A stretch of 64,000 bases of DNA from contig CATNEN010000003.1 of assembly GCA_950097015.1 (NCBI GenBank), positions 5,518,001-5,582,000 of the forward strand. The letters run 5' to 3'. The position numbers and the translations under genes were made by a program. The DNA comes from Macrostomum hystrix (taxonomy: Eukaryota; Animalia; Platyhelminthes). This document shows, piece after piece, positions 45,215-57,772 of this stretch. The notes beneath the pieces are model-generated. The model had not been told where the DNA came from. It saw nothing but the letters and a program-made list of their open reading frames with translations, and searched no databases. Position 1 is the stretch's first letter. Each line of letters starts with the position of its first letter.

Positions 45215-45835
45215 GGCTACAGCCCCGGGTCTTTGGCGAAGATTTTCGCCGCCAACTCACCCCCAACTTAGCCTAATGAGGCAATCAAGGCTAGGTCGAA
45301 AAAAATATAATTCCGTATTTAAGCGGCTTCTCTGGACTATGGCGAATAACGACAGATGGGACGGAGAATATGAGAAAGTTCTAGAACAAGAAAGTAATAA
45401 AATCTGGTCACATTGGCTGCACCTGAGTCGCATCAGTCTCATACCGCTATTTGTTTTGTCAGAGGCAATAACATAAAATTATCCCATGCTAATACCCAGG
45501 CACGTGATGACTCCCGAGCAACGCTACGAAAACATGATTTGGGGTTGGGAAAAATATCCCTGTTTATCTGCACGATCTTAGAAAAAAAGACAAAAGGTTC
45601 AATGCTCCTAAATATATCAAAGAGCTCTTTGCCCAGACTCTAGATTGGATTAATGATTTAAAACAACGACGGAAAATGGCTTTATTGAAAGTCACGGGCT
45701 AGAAATATCCAAAATTACATTCCGCTTTTTTGTTTTAAAAGCAGACAAATCTGTAAGAAAACAACCCGCTTGCCCTCCAATACTCCCGATCTATATTTAG
45801 TCCTTTTGATTTGCGCTGCTTAAAATCTCACTGCC

Positions 45836-46872
45836 ATGAGCGATCAGGAGCTTCTATATGGTGACGAATCAAGCCGCCAATAAAGCTACGAAACTGCTCC
45901 AGATGAACAGGGAGATGGACTGCGCCGAGGACCGTACGTTAGAATTAGCGATGAGCGGTACAACCTCGTTGTGGATGCTTTAGAAAGAGGCGAGCTTCCG
46001 GCGGATATCGCGCGCTGGCTGCAGCTCAACAAAAACATCGTCTACTCCATTCAGAAGCGATACGAGACGAAAGGACAGCGAAATCGGCGTCCGCCTGGTG
46101 GAACTCGCGGCGCAAAGCTGGGCGAGGAACAGACAGAGTGGCTGGTGCAACATCTTGACCGGAACCCAATGATGACGCTGGCAGAGATAGCACGATCGGT
46201 ACAAGGTAGATTTGAAGGTCTTCACGTTAGCACTGCTACAATCAGTCAAGCTTTAGACAAGCAGCTTATCACCCTGAAATGTCTGAGCCGGGATGCCGAC
46301 ATTCCTGCAGCGCACTTTACTCCGGAGAATCGACTTCGAAGGCGCGAATTCGCGCAATGGCTGATCGAATTGCCACTCGATCATCACCCTGTCTTCATCG
46401 ATGAAACAGGTTTTAATTAATGGACTCGAAGGTCAAAAGGGCCCAGCAGACGTGGGCAATGAATGAGAAGGGTCGTTGTCACTCAGCGAGGGGTCCAGGT
46501 GAATCTGGTACAGGCCGTGTCACCAACGGCAGGTCTTCTGCATCACAAGATTGTAGCAGCATTCCGGAGCAGTACGCAGCAAACTGGAGGGCCGTAACGC
46601 TGCCTCCCTACTCGCCCTTCCTCAGCCCTGTAGAAAATGCACATTCCTGCGTGAAAGCGGCGATCAAGCGCGTGCTTTCCCAGCCTGAAGTGCAGAGAGA
46701 GCTGGACCTGCCACCTCTGGACACTCCACTGTGGCAGCGGCGGATTCTGGTGCTGCACAGGATTGCAGAGGAGGCCACTGGTGAGGTGACTCCTGCCAAA
46801 TGCGGCGGCTGGTTCAGGCAGATGCTGCGACGAGTTCCGGCCTGTTTGGCAGGGCAGCCGATTGACGACTGA
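45836..46872 (+). pseudogene. Tc1/mariner-IS630 superfamily transposase, frameshifted
   Basis: HTH (DIARWLQLNKNIVYSIQKRY), VFIDETGFN and LPPYSPFLSPVENA motifs. Stops, frameshift and a missing middle Asp region. Confidence 0.85.
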
Positions 46873-48134
46873 ATGGTGTTACGCCTCTTTGCGAGTAACG
46901 CCGGACACTTTCTGTGTTTCACTGTTCCCTTTAAATGTTTGAATCTTGCGTTGCATTCAACTTTTGTTGATGCATAAAGTTTAGTTAACAGTTTAATTAA
47001 TCAAAGCGTAGCATTGATAAAAAGCGTCAAAACAAAGACAATATTGTTTCATGAAATTGATGAATACGAAGAATATTCTAATCAGAAGTAAACTCAGTCT
47101 TGATTGGGTATTTCAGGGAAAGCGAATGAATATTTTGCACAGCATCCCAAACTTTACTGCTGGAGGACAGATGCTGGTAGAGAAACCGAATCCAGTGAAA
47201 AGAGTTGTATTGAGTAATAAGGAGATTCACGAGATTGTGCTACAGTTTGAAAATGAAGATGGTGCTGGCATTGATTTCAACGGTGAAGAGTTTGTGTAGA
47301 CGTTGATCATTGAGAGAATGTGAGAGAAAATGTACATAGAGAGCCTTCTTCCTAAATCGAATTTTGAGCTCTATATCCAATAGAGGGGAGTGCATGTGGA
47401 GTACGCCTCTCGTCCCCGCTGTACTCTGAATTCCTGTCTTAAAGGTAACGTTTTGCATTGCACGCGCCCAGTAGAGAAATGGGAAGACTGTTGAAAGAGC
47501 TTGGGGTTGAGAAGGCAATTCAACCCTGGGCTAAAAATAGCCTCAATAGCCTAAATTTGTTTTATTAAGGAGCAAAATTTTTTCGCTCATTTCAAGCAAC
47601 ATTTTTTCGGGTTTTTTGGGTTTTTCTAACGTGTCTATTAATGGCACACTGGAATTAGAGACAGAAATTTTGAGAAAATCTCTTTTCTCTGAGAATAATG
47701 AGAATAATTTTCGTCCCAGAATACTACTCACAGAATAAGGTTTACAGAATACTACTCTGAAATTATTAAAGTAGAGAATTTAGAATTTGGAGACAGATTT
47801 TGTGAGTTGTGACCTTTTTTCCTGATCTCTTTGCAAATAATAAAGTTAATATGGAGGCTACGATAATGTTTGTCCTAGAATACTATACTCACAGAGTACA
47901 ACACACAAACTGATCTGGAATAATAAAAGTAGAGAATTTATAATATAGAGACGAAGCGGCGAGAATTTTATGGAAGGGCAAGGTTTTTTTGGAGAGGCAA
48001 TGAACCTTTTTCCCTGATCTCTTCTGTAATAATAAAGTCAACAGATTATGGATTATGGAGACTGCGTAAACAATAGGTAGCACCAAGGAGCTGGAGAATT
48101 ACTTTAATAATTCATATTAAATTTAGGGCTAGAC

Positions 48135-48580
48135 CGTCCTGTTGTACAACGCCGAGATGTGGACGCTGACGGATTCGCTAGAACAGCAAGTCAACGCGGC
48201 GCACGCTGGCCTGCTGCGTGCCGCCTTTAAGATCAGCGACGAGCGGATCACTAACGCGGTACTCTATCGCCGCGCCGGCCTGGCCCGTCCAAGTGAGCTG
48301 CTGCGACTTCGGCGACTCCAGCTGGCAGGCCACATCATCCGCGCCGAGTCCTACTGCCCGCAGCCGGTGCAGGAGGTGCTGCTGCTAACGCTGCAGGCAC
48401 CCTACCGGCGCGGCCAGGCCCGAACTCGGCGTTTCTTCGACTGCCTGCTGGCCGATGCTGGCGCCCCCGGACACTGCCGGCGGTGCGGCCTTTGTTCGCG
48501 CCCAGGCTCTGAAGCGTGCACTGTGACGCTGCCTTTTCCACCTGACAGCGTACTTTGTTGTTGTTGTTGTTGTTGTTGCA
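48135..48580 (+). mobile_element. RTE-clade LINE 3' fragment
   Basis: LLYNAEMWTLT...RLQLAGHIIR...RRGQ motifs and a (TGT)n tail. Confidence 0.85.
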
Positions 48581-49855
48581 TCCGAAAAAAACGAAATAAG
48601 CGTCTAAGATGTGTGACTTTTGAATCGAAGAAAGAATAGCACAGTAATTTTTAATTGTCAAACATTCTAAGGGTGCCTAACTGACCAGCCCGTATCGCTT
48701 CGAAAACACGTTTTCCTGCCTCGTGCATCTTTATGTTGAGGCAGTCTAAGGAATGCAGGGTGCGTCAAATCTAGCTGCTCCAGACCAAACTACGCTGCGC
48801 GTGTTTAAGTAGCGGTGTCTACATTAAAAATATACTATCCAAGCTCAGAAACGAGATGAACACATTTTTATGCCGTCACATTATCTAAAGTAGTTGGGAA
48901 ACAATTCTTTGCTACCCGTGTAAAGCAACATTCGAGTTTTGCCGGGTACGAAGTAGAAATTTTTGACAACTATAGACAATACGCGCTCGTACATAAATTT
49001 TTGACAATTCTCCGTGCCAGCGACCGAGAATTAGAAAAATTTCTCGAATAGGAGCTTTTAACTCGCTGAAACAATTATAAATAGTCTTGCGCCAGTTATA
49101 AAACTAATATACATTGCATATTAATAAACTTCTCAGCTTTATTTCAGGTTTATGCTTCGTAGGTTGCGCTACAAATACTTATGCAGGAAGTCTACGAACT
49201 ACGAGTATCGAGACTAATGAGTTTAGTTTTACCTATTGTCAACTGCAGTCGCAGAGTCGTGTCAAGCCTAGTCTTTTGTTAAAGTCATCAGATTCGACTC
49301 GTAAAATGATATCGTTTTTACAAAATTACCTCGCAACTTTAATTTTCATCGGTTGAAACGGTTTTCATCGGTTTAACATGCAAGAAAGCTTGGAATAAGG
49401 GTAATAAGGAGGCTGCGTTAGAATGAGAAAACTGAGTTACTCGTATAAGATTTTGCATGCCGCTAGTGGCAATGACAATTAAGCTTCACGAATACAGCGC
49501 GAATAAATAGGGTAGGCAAAACCTACCCTAGTCTCCATTTGTTTGATGGACTCGTTTTCTTTCTTGCCCATTCGAGCATCGCTGGTATTCTATAGAAAGG
49601 AGGCTGAATGGTATTGCATTTTCAGTAGGGTTGTTGGCCCTGACACAGAGTCGGTGATAAAGTTCTGGGTTATCTACACATAAGAAGAGAGAAACTGAAG
49701 CGAAGCAAGTGCTCTGCCCACTACACTTAGCCCGCGGCCTTGACCAAATCAATCTTTGCAAAGAGACTCTGGACTATTATAAAGCTGTGCAGCTCTCATT
49801 CCTCTCCCAAACTGAGTCAACAAAGCAGAAGCCCGGAAAAATTCTGTGACTGAAG

Positions 49856-52739
49856 ATGCAATCGGAAGTTTCAGAAACGTGCTGGTAAGTGTCTGAAAAT
49901 TAGAGGGTTTAATTCAACTTTAAACTCAATTTAAACTCAAAACGGCCTGTTCTATAAAATTTGCGGATCCTCAAAGTTTCAACTTAAAGAAAATTTATAC
50001 TGCTGAGATACGAGTGAAGGAGCGAGGATCCAATTTATTTTACGAAAGCTTTATATAGGACGACACTTAGCGACTTCATATAAAAATTAAATAGAGAAAA
50101 CTCAGAATCAACATTTAAATTTTCTTAGAATTTTTCCAATGCATTTCGACCACAATCGGTCATCTTCAGGGCAGACACATCAATTAAACACACAGAACCA
50201 AGTTGTATATATATTTTTTTTAAGAAATGAAAACTGTACATTGCAAAGTGCGAATCAAATTCGGTCCAGTCCGGTTAACAAGAGAAAAAAAACAACAACC
50301 AAATAAAGTTCAACGACGCTTCTAACATAGCTAAAACACATTGAGTTGGCGGCTTGCACCCCCCAACTTTATTTGGTTGTTGTTTTTTTTTCTCTTGTTA
50401 ACCGGACTGGACCGAATTTGATTCGCACTTTGCAATGTACAGTTTTCATTTCTTAAAAAAAATATATATATATACAACTTGGTTCTGTGTGTTTAATTGA
50501 TGTGTCTGCCCTGAAGATGACCGATTGTGGTCGAAATGCATTGGCAAAATTCTAATAAAATTTAAATGTTGATTCTGAGTTTTCTCTATTTAATTGTTGT
50601 CAAGCGAGCTACTCTACCTGAATTCATATAAAAATGTTGCGTTAATAAGTAAAGCGCCACAAACATTTTACAGAATCAAACACTCATTATTCATCTAGGA
50701 GGGCCTCAGCAGATAAAGATTCAAAAACCGTGAGCGTGAAGGATCCAGTGGAAAGGAAAATGAAGCAAACCAGGGCAAGACTTTTTGTTGTTTTTATTGT
50801 TTAGGACTGTCTAGCTCTTGGTTGTTTGAGGTACATGGGTACATGCATGCGCATGCATATTTACAGGACCCGCAGTCGCACAGGATAATTGAGAAGAGGC
50901 GCCGTGACCGAATGAACAAATCGCTGAGTGATCTAAATCGCCTAATTCCATCCGCTTACTTAAAGCAGGTAAACCAATAAATCTACGAGAGTAGGTCGTT
51001 CTTTCATTTTCAAATTCAGAACTCGATTCTGAGATTCATGAATGCACTTTAAGTGTATCTAAATCGATCGAAAAAAGGATTAATGCAAAGGATTGATAAT
51101 GAATATTATTACATAACTTATGCTGCTTTTAATAATAAACGTTACAGGGTCAGGGTCGAGTAGAGAAGGCAGAAATAATAGAATTGGCAACACAGCACAT
51201 GGTGGCGCTTTCAGCCCAGCTGAAGAAATGTGAAGGTAGCGGCGAATACATAGTAAATAAATTTGGACTGAAAAATCTATGCTTCATGGACGATTGAAAG
51301 ATAACTTTCCATTATTTCAGCTATCATGGGCAATGATTTTCCTGGCTCTGAGGGCGCTTGCTGCATCGGAAAATTTTACTTAGGCTTCAGGGAGGCCAGC
51401 AAAGCAGCTGTGTCATTTCTCATCGAGCAAGGGGGCTTTAGCAGCAACGACCCTGTGTGCAGCGAGCTGCGAGCCAACCTACATAGTCTCTCCGAACGAC
51501 TTTTGCCCGGTAAGCATTAAAAATATTTTTGCTTAATTTTCGTTCTACCTTAGTACTTGAACACTGCAAGCAAGATCTTCAGCTTTGGTTAGAGATAAGA
51601 TTAGATATATCATCTATAGATACTCGTAAAGTTTGCTATTGCTTGTTATCTGTATGTGTATGTATTACTATCAGAGCGTAATAGTTAAACCTTAATGCAA
51701 TCCCAGATGACACAAATCAGCAGAAGCTGCAGCAGCAGCAGCAGCCAAATTCAGATGAGAATACGTCAGAGCTTTCCGAGCCGACCGGTCAGCCGTCTCC
51801 GGAAATGTCCTGTTACTCCACCGACGAGGCTAGAAGCGAGGCGTCCTTTGAGGCCGGCGGGAGAGACTGTGCCACTAGAGGCACTGGCAGACACAATCAA
51901 AAGAGTAGTTTTAATTCGCGGCTGGAGGTGAGGTCGGAAAATATAGCTGCAATATATACTTACACCATTTAGTTGCTGTTGAGAAGAAGTGCACCGTACA
52001 TTTAATAACTCATAACTTATATCTCATATAAAGCTCGTTCATTAACATATATGTATTGCAAGTACAATATACTTTTAATATGCTAAAATGAAGTGTCTAT
52101 ATGTCAATTCAGTCTTACGTATACATTTCTAGTATGTACTATTATACTATGCATATACACACTATAATATTTATATTCTGTATCATTATCTATATAGATT
52201 TTTGCCACTAGAAATATAAAATACTGCATTTCCAGTTTTAATGTAGCTGTTTTATCCATATTTAACATATAAAATACTATTTACATCTAAACACGGTGTG
52301 TCGGTGATCAGAGTACCAATCTGTTAATAATGAGTTCGAAAACCTAACTCCTAGCTGCTATTGGACCAAAAACTAGGCGAACGTGGCCGAAAACCGCACA
52401 TGTACGTTAAGTCGAAAGCGCCGGGCAACGTCACCCCTTCCTGACTCTGGAGGTCCGACTTCTCAATACACAGATAGTGTCGGTTTGTTAGGATCACATG
52501 ACGAAGCTGTCAAAGACGCAGTGGAGGCTGAGCCAGCCCAAGAGACAGAGGCCTTCTTGCCAGGCTTTGTGCTTCACGAGTCGGGAACTTACTACGAACC
52601 TGTGGTGATCCCTCAAGCAAGTCTGGGGGAAGAGAGGCTAGGCCGGTGTCGCCAGCCGCTGCACCCGGTGTCCATCCCGGTTAATTTCCGGACTACGCGG
52701 TTCATTCGCACTGACCAGTCGGCTGGGTCGGATGCCTGA
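49856..52739 (+). CDS. cwo: bHLH-Orange repressor clockwork orange. Exons 49856-49884, 50699-50729, 50867-50968, 51148-51235, 51321-51509, 51707-51927, 52377-52739.
   Basis: [28 protein letters not shown]...[14 protein letters not shown] bHLH, Orange domain ([16 protein letters not shown]), cwo-type C-terminal [12 protein letters not shown] and [10 protein letters not shown], no WRPW. Splice phases are consistent. Confidence 0.85.
50088..50622 (+). mobile_element. Penelope-like element remnant (inverted pLTR pair) in cwo intron 1
   Basis: ~230-bp near-perfect inverted arms with a ~45-bp spacer, 13-bp TSD TTCATATAAAAAT, hammerhead motif in each arm. Confidence 0.8.
50507..50546 (+). ncRNA. 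Minimal type I hammerhead ribozyme
   Basis: TGCC-CTGAAGA-T-GACC(GATTGT)GGTC-GAAA-TGCA-TT-GGCA. Antisense copy at ~50136-50175 has a stem I mismatch. Confidence 0.75.
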
Positions 52740-53559
52740 CCGAACACCATTGAGAGAGAACTGCGCAAAAAGAAGGAATGATGAGAATTGAAAAATAATT
52801 AAATTATCATTATTGAATTAATTACCAATTGAAATCAATATTCATACAGTATGACAGCAGCATACCTTTTTTATTCGCCATACGCGCTCGTAAATAATAC
52901 TGCATGCTTATTTGGTATTTGTGCGTACATGTTATATTTCCTGCCAGGTTCCTTTAATTTAAGCCTATAATCCGCGTCCTGAGCCGTGAAGTGCTTCTTT
53001 ATAATGCTATATGAGTGAACTGACATCTATTGAACATGCATGTTCTGCCCCAAAAATACCTGAACTATAACCTAGCCCAAACCATGCCCATTGCGTATTG
53101 TATGATTTCTCTAAAACTGCAGCATATATTTATTATTGAGAAGTGCGATTGAATTTCACTGAATTCTCTAAAGCGGATTTTTACACTGAATCTGGAGGGA
53201 ATTAAATACAGGTGACCCTAGACTGTGGATGTGTAAGATAACTAACTGTATGTGGCGAATAAATACATTGCGGACAGCGTTTTCATTGGCCGTACGTTAG
53301 GTTGCCTTAAAATCACACTGGAATTTTATTAGGTGTTCACTTTTGTCACTTTTGTGTTTTAACCGGCCACACGCTTCGTTGCCCTGCCCCCTCAGTGCAG
53401 TCTCCTCAGTCTCTTCAGTGGCCGCATTCAAAGGTTCCGAATCCGATTTCACCGAAGTGCTTCTTGCCTCTTCGAACGACATTACTAACCGCTGATCAAA
53501 AGGCAATTACGTACCCGCCAGATAAATCAGTCATAATTGACGCGAAACAGTTTTCAGCT

Positions 53560-53830
53560 AACGGGCAACGGGCAACGGGCAACTAAAGCTGCGGTGTCGC
53601 GCAGGGGGATCCGGTGATGATGGGAGGACCGCAGCGCGGTCCTCCTCCGGAGAGTCCAGGAGGTGGAGAGTTGCTCGCCCGGTGGCCCTTAGGTAACGGA
53701 TGAGCTGGCAGATGTTCTCAGGCCTGAAAACGTCGGGGAGATCCGGGTTTGGGCCGAGATAGGTGAGCCTGTCTTGAGTGAAGGCGGGGCAGTCACAAAT
53801 AAAATGCTCTGCATCCTCAACATAGGAAGA
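53560..53830 (-). mobile_element. Non-LTR retrotransposon 3' fragment (C-terminal Zn-knuckle region)
   Basis: [13 protein letters not shown]...R...YLRATGR followed by a (TTGCCCG)n tail. Confidence 0.75.
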
Positions 53831-55799
53831 GGCAGAAGGGGCATTCCTCACTGCGGATTTTGCCTTGCAGGAAGCGGTGCCTGGCGAAACAGCCATGGCC
53901 AGAGAGGGCCATGGTAACTGCCCTATTGGAACACTATGAAGTCTAGAAGTTATAACGTTGTCTTATAAAGTTCAATTCATGCTTTTATTACAAGCCCTGC
54001 ACTGCAGAATCGCAACTGCGTATAACAACAGCTCACACGATGTAGCACAGCCTCATGCAGATTAACTTTCTCTCTAAGCATAAATTGCTATGCTAAGATA
54101 AATTGTCTGAATCACTGCAGTTTAAGCGATATGAATTAAGTTTTACATCAGATGCGTTTATTCTGACATGTTTGTTTGCTTTGATCAATCCTCCAATCTG
54201 ACCTAAGGAAGACGGTGTCACGGTAGCTTAGAATTAATAGTGATGACCTTGAAGAATAGACAAATACTCGATGTTGAGCCTACAATACGTAATTGTCTGT
54301 TTTCTATTAGAAGTCAATCTATAACTGTTGACTAACTAACTGTTTTTTGTTATATTTTTAGGTTTGTTCCAGTTATCCATGCCTAGTCCGAGTTGTGTAC
54401 GAAAATAACGAGAGTTTGGCGCCTATTTGAATACAATATAGAATGATACAAATCCTAAACAGCATGTAAAAAATTAATGCTATTTTTAAACAAGCTTCGA
54501 TTGTATTTTTTTTGACTGACGCAATTCCTAACTATGATGGTGAGGGAGTCAATCAATCTGAGTGACATCAAATCCTTGTCTAGGTATGAAATCTGATTCT
54601 TGAACCTGTCCGTTTTGCAGCAAGAAAAAAAAGCTTAAATGAATCTTTAAAACGTCAGTCAACTTTGTGGAGTATAAAATCTACGATGGAAAATCAGAGT
54701 CCTGAAACTAGAATTTCGAACCGATCAGGAAGAGATTATTGAAAATCTTAAAAATAAAACGATCAAAACGAAAGCATAATTTTTGCCAACTATGAAGTAA
54801 ATTTTTACATTTATGGCAGCTTAAGCAGATTTTTTTATAAAAAAATAATTTTTGTTATATTCTCTAAAATTTATCATCAACTTACAATGCAATACCCTTC
54901 GCAATAGCCAGTCTTTATTGCCATTGGTCTATAATGCAATAATTACAAGGTCACCTGCATTTATAATGACCGCAAAAGTTCTATGGACAGCTAGCAGGCA
55001 TTAATGAACGCCATCAATGAATGACCGGTTTCAATGTCTATGGCAGAAGTTAGTCCGAAGCTCGACCAGCCTATCCATATTGGTGTTGTAGTTAGCGGGC
55101 GTGAAACGCGTTTCACGGCCCACCCGCAGTGCAAAAAGACCCAATTTGATTGTAGTTAGTCTACACGTGTTGAAACGAGGTTGAAACTAACGGCAGCCCG
55201 CCCTCTGCTGTTGTCTATGGTCGAATTCCATTTCACCCCCGCTAACAACATACCAATATTGATAGGCTGCAGAGGGCTGAAACGAGGTAAAACGTGGAGG
55301 CGCGTAGCAGGTATATTGCAACCTCAACTTGATACTTATATCTACGAGCGTAATCGTCAAGTTTTCAGAAGTGGTTCCGTCAAGCCTTGAACTAAACCAG
55401 ATGCATAATGATTTTATAAATGTATTAAATATTGTATAATATAGACTGTCGCATAATCATGTCGCATTAGGTGCAGCATTGACTCTTTGCACAAGCGAGC
55501 GCGCCTGACGCGGTCTTCTGTCCTGCCCGCCCCATTTTGGCCACTTTGTGGTCGGCGCGTGCCGTTTAATTCAATAGGAAGTAAAATTAAAAAAAACTAA
55601 AATACTCAAATACACACCCGCTTGGCTTTGAATTCTTAAGGTTAGCCCATTCAGTTTTCTGTAATAGAGTCCACATGTTCGAGAAAATGCTCGTTAAGCC
55701 AAATCAAAATTAAAGGAATAACTGATTGTTTTTAATCTTCAATCTGCATAAAATAGTTTTGAATGTATAATAAAAATAATAGGAGGAGTAATATGCCCT

Positions 55800-55975
55800 G
55801 ATACTCTCATCGTCAGGCAGTGTACACTTCACTGTGCCTTGGAGGTTGGCCCTCAAGGTTTGACCTTCTCTCCGCCCCAAATGATATCGCATTGTGGCCT
55901 CGCCGCGGAATCGAGCACAGGGACCTTAGTGCGACAAGAAAACGCGTCTAACCGCTCTGCCACTCACCCCCTCGC
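55800..55975 (-). mobile_element. SINE family A, truncated
   Basis: Reverse-complement match to the head and hairpin region of 903-1168. Confidence 0.7.
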
Positions 55976-56032
55976 CTTATCTTAGGAAATGACACATTCA
56001 TAGACATTGACCTATAAAATAAATTTCTTAAC

Positions 56033-56101
56033 TAGCCAATAGGGCTTTAATTCTGGAACTTGGTTAGCCAATCATAGAACAGGAGTGAGTGCTATAAAAA
56101 A
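56033..56101 (+). promoter_or_regulatory. Two CCAAT boxes plus TATA box
   Basis: AGCCAAT twice, then CTATAAAAA about 130 bp upstream of ATG 56225. Confidence 0.6.
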
Positions 56102-56224
56102 GTCGAATCCTAGGATAAGATCCATGCATTCTACTAGAAATCTACCGATTCTAGAACACTGCAAAAAGATATAACGCAATCTGAATACATATTATTACAG
56201 CAGCATCAAAAACTGACTTTCACA

Positions 56225-56551
56225 ATGAGACGCTTTCTTAGCTGCACTCTCATCGCCATCAGCCTAATGATCACCTGTCAGACTAATCTGAGCGCAGCCG
56301 CTCCGCCAGCTGCAGTCTCAAGCGACATAAAGTCAAGTAGGGCCATAGACAGTGGACGGCTAGCCGCGAATGAGGACCTATCAGTGATGTGCAAGAGGCT
56401 GGGGTGTTACTGGCACCGCATGGCAACTAGCTGCAGCTGTCCAAAACAGCAGCATCGTCTATCGAACCGTCAGAACGAAGACTTTGAAGAAGACTTAATG
56501 TCGAACTACATCAAACGCTCGCCGCCGCGTAAGCCGCCAGGAATCTGGTGA
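56225..56551 (+). CDS. Secreted peptide prohormone-like precursor (108 aa)
   Basis: Signal peptide, four-Cys segment, acidic spacer, KR site releasing SPPRKPPGIW, canonical promoter upstream. Confidence 0.75.
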   Translation: MRRFLSCTLIAISLMITCQTNLSAAAPPAAVSSDIKSSRAIDSGRLAANEDLSVMCKRLGCYWHRMATSCSCPKQQHRLSNRQNEDFEEDLMSNYIKRSPPRKPPGIW

Positions 56552-56919
56552 TGAAGATTCGAGCGAACTTCGGTCCTAAGCAATATCCTGCTTGTGATCG
56601 AAAAAACACTGAATAACAATCCAAAATATGCTGCGAAAAAATGTTCTTAATTGACACTTACAGACAAAGTTTTGTCTTGCAAATATAAGCTTCGAAAAAT
56701 TAAGTACGAAGAGCTGATTGGTTTTCTGAAAATTATTGCGTGTGCAACAAGGCTGACGCAACTCTTGTATAATCGTTGCTCGTTTCTTCATCTACTGAGT
56801 CTTTTACTTAAGATATTTGCTCGTGAATATAGTTTTAATCATGGGGGTAACAATGCAAATAAAGACCCGTAAAATTAAGGGTATAGTCATAATCTATTTT
56901 CTGAGCTAACAGAAAGTAT

Positions 56920-57240
56920 GCTAAGGCGTTTGCACCCCCTCGTACCAAGGTCCCTGAGCTCGATTCCGCGGCGAGGCCACATTCATTTGGGGCGCAGCCG
57001 CGGAGAGAAGGCTTGGGGGATTGTTGTGCAATTTACGCCCTTGAGGTTCAACCTCCAAGGCACAGTGAGAGTGTACACTGCCTGACGATGAGAAGTCAGG
57101 GTACACACCTGTATGAACGAGTGCCTGTGTACGGTATCTGTGTGCTCAGGAGTCAGCGAAATGGGCAGAATTGCCTCCTCGCTGGCTGCGGGTCTAGTGT
57201 CACCAAATGACGGGCAATAGTCTTCAGCCCTCAGCAATTA
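56920..57240 (+). mobile_element. SINE family A
   Basis: Matches 903-1168 and the reverse copies. Confidence 0.8.
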
Positions 57241-57772
57241 TTATTCCTATATTTTCATCTTTGGCGCACAACTACATGTAGCAGCTTCAAATACATTAAA
57301 TACATAGGTTTGGGTCATAGACATTCCAACAGGTCATAATGAGGTCAATAATTTATTCACGAAGAGACAGTCTATGGGCTAAACCCCCATCTTTGCCACC
57401 ATTGATTTCTATGGGTGGCTGAGATTGGATGCTCGTAGGCTGAGATAGGTTAAGAAATGGAATATTATTTGCTTTGGCAACCCAATTTACCATTATTATT
57501 TAGCTACGAATTTAATTAGCATATTGTTACAATAATCATGCAATAAATATGATTATACGGTACAACGAATGCAAAATAGTCCACTTAGACCATTATTGAA
57601 TTGCTTGCATCAAACACAATGGGGCATTACGTGACACAGTTAGAAGTGGTTGACGACACGAGATTAGATTTGTGGTGACTTGCCAATTCAATCGGCATTA
57701 AGCCACGATTAATGAGTACACTCAGGGCGCCATTGCAAAACTTACAGTTTTAACTAGCTTTATTCTAGCTGG

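Larger units (their letters stand above)
40408..47741 (+). repeat. Tandem segmental duplication, copy 2
   Basis: Colinear with 30876-39186. Confidence 0.92.
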
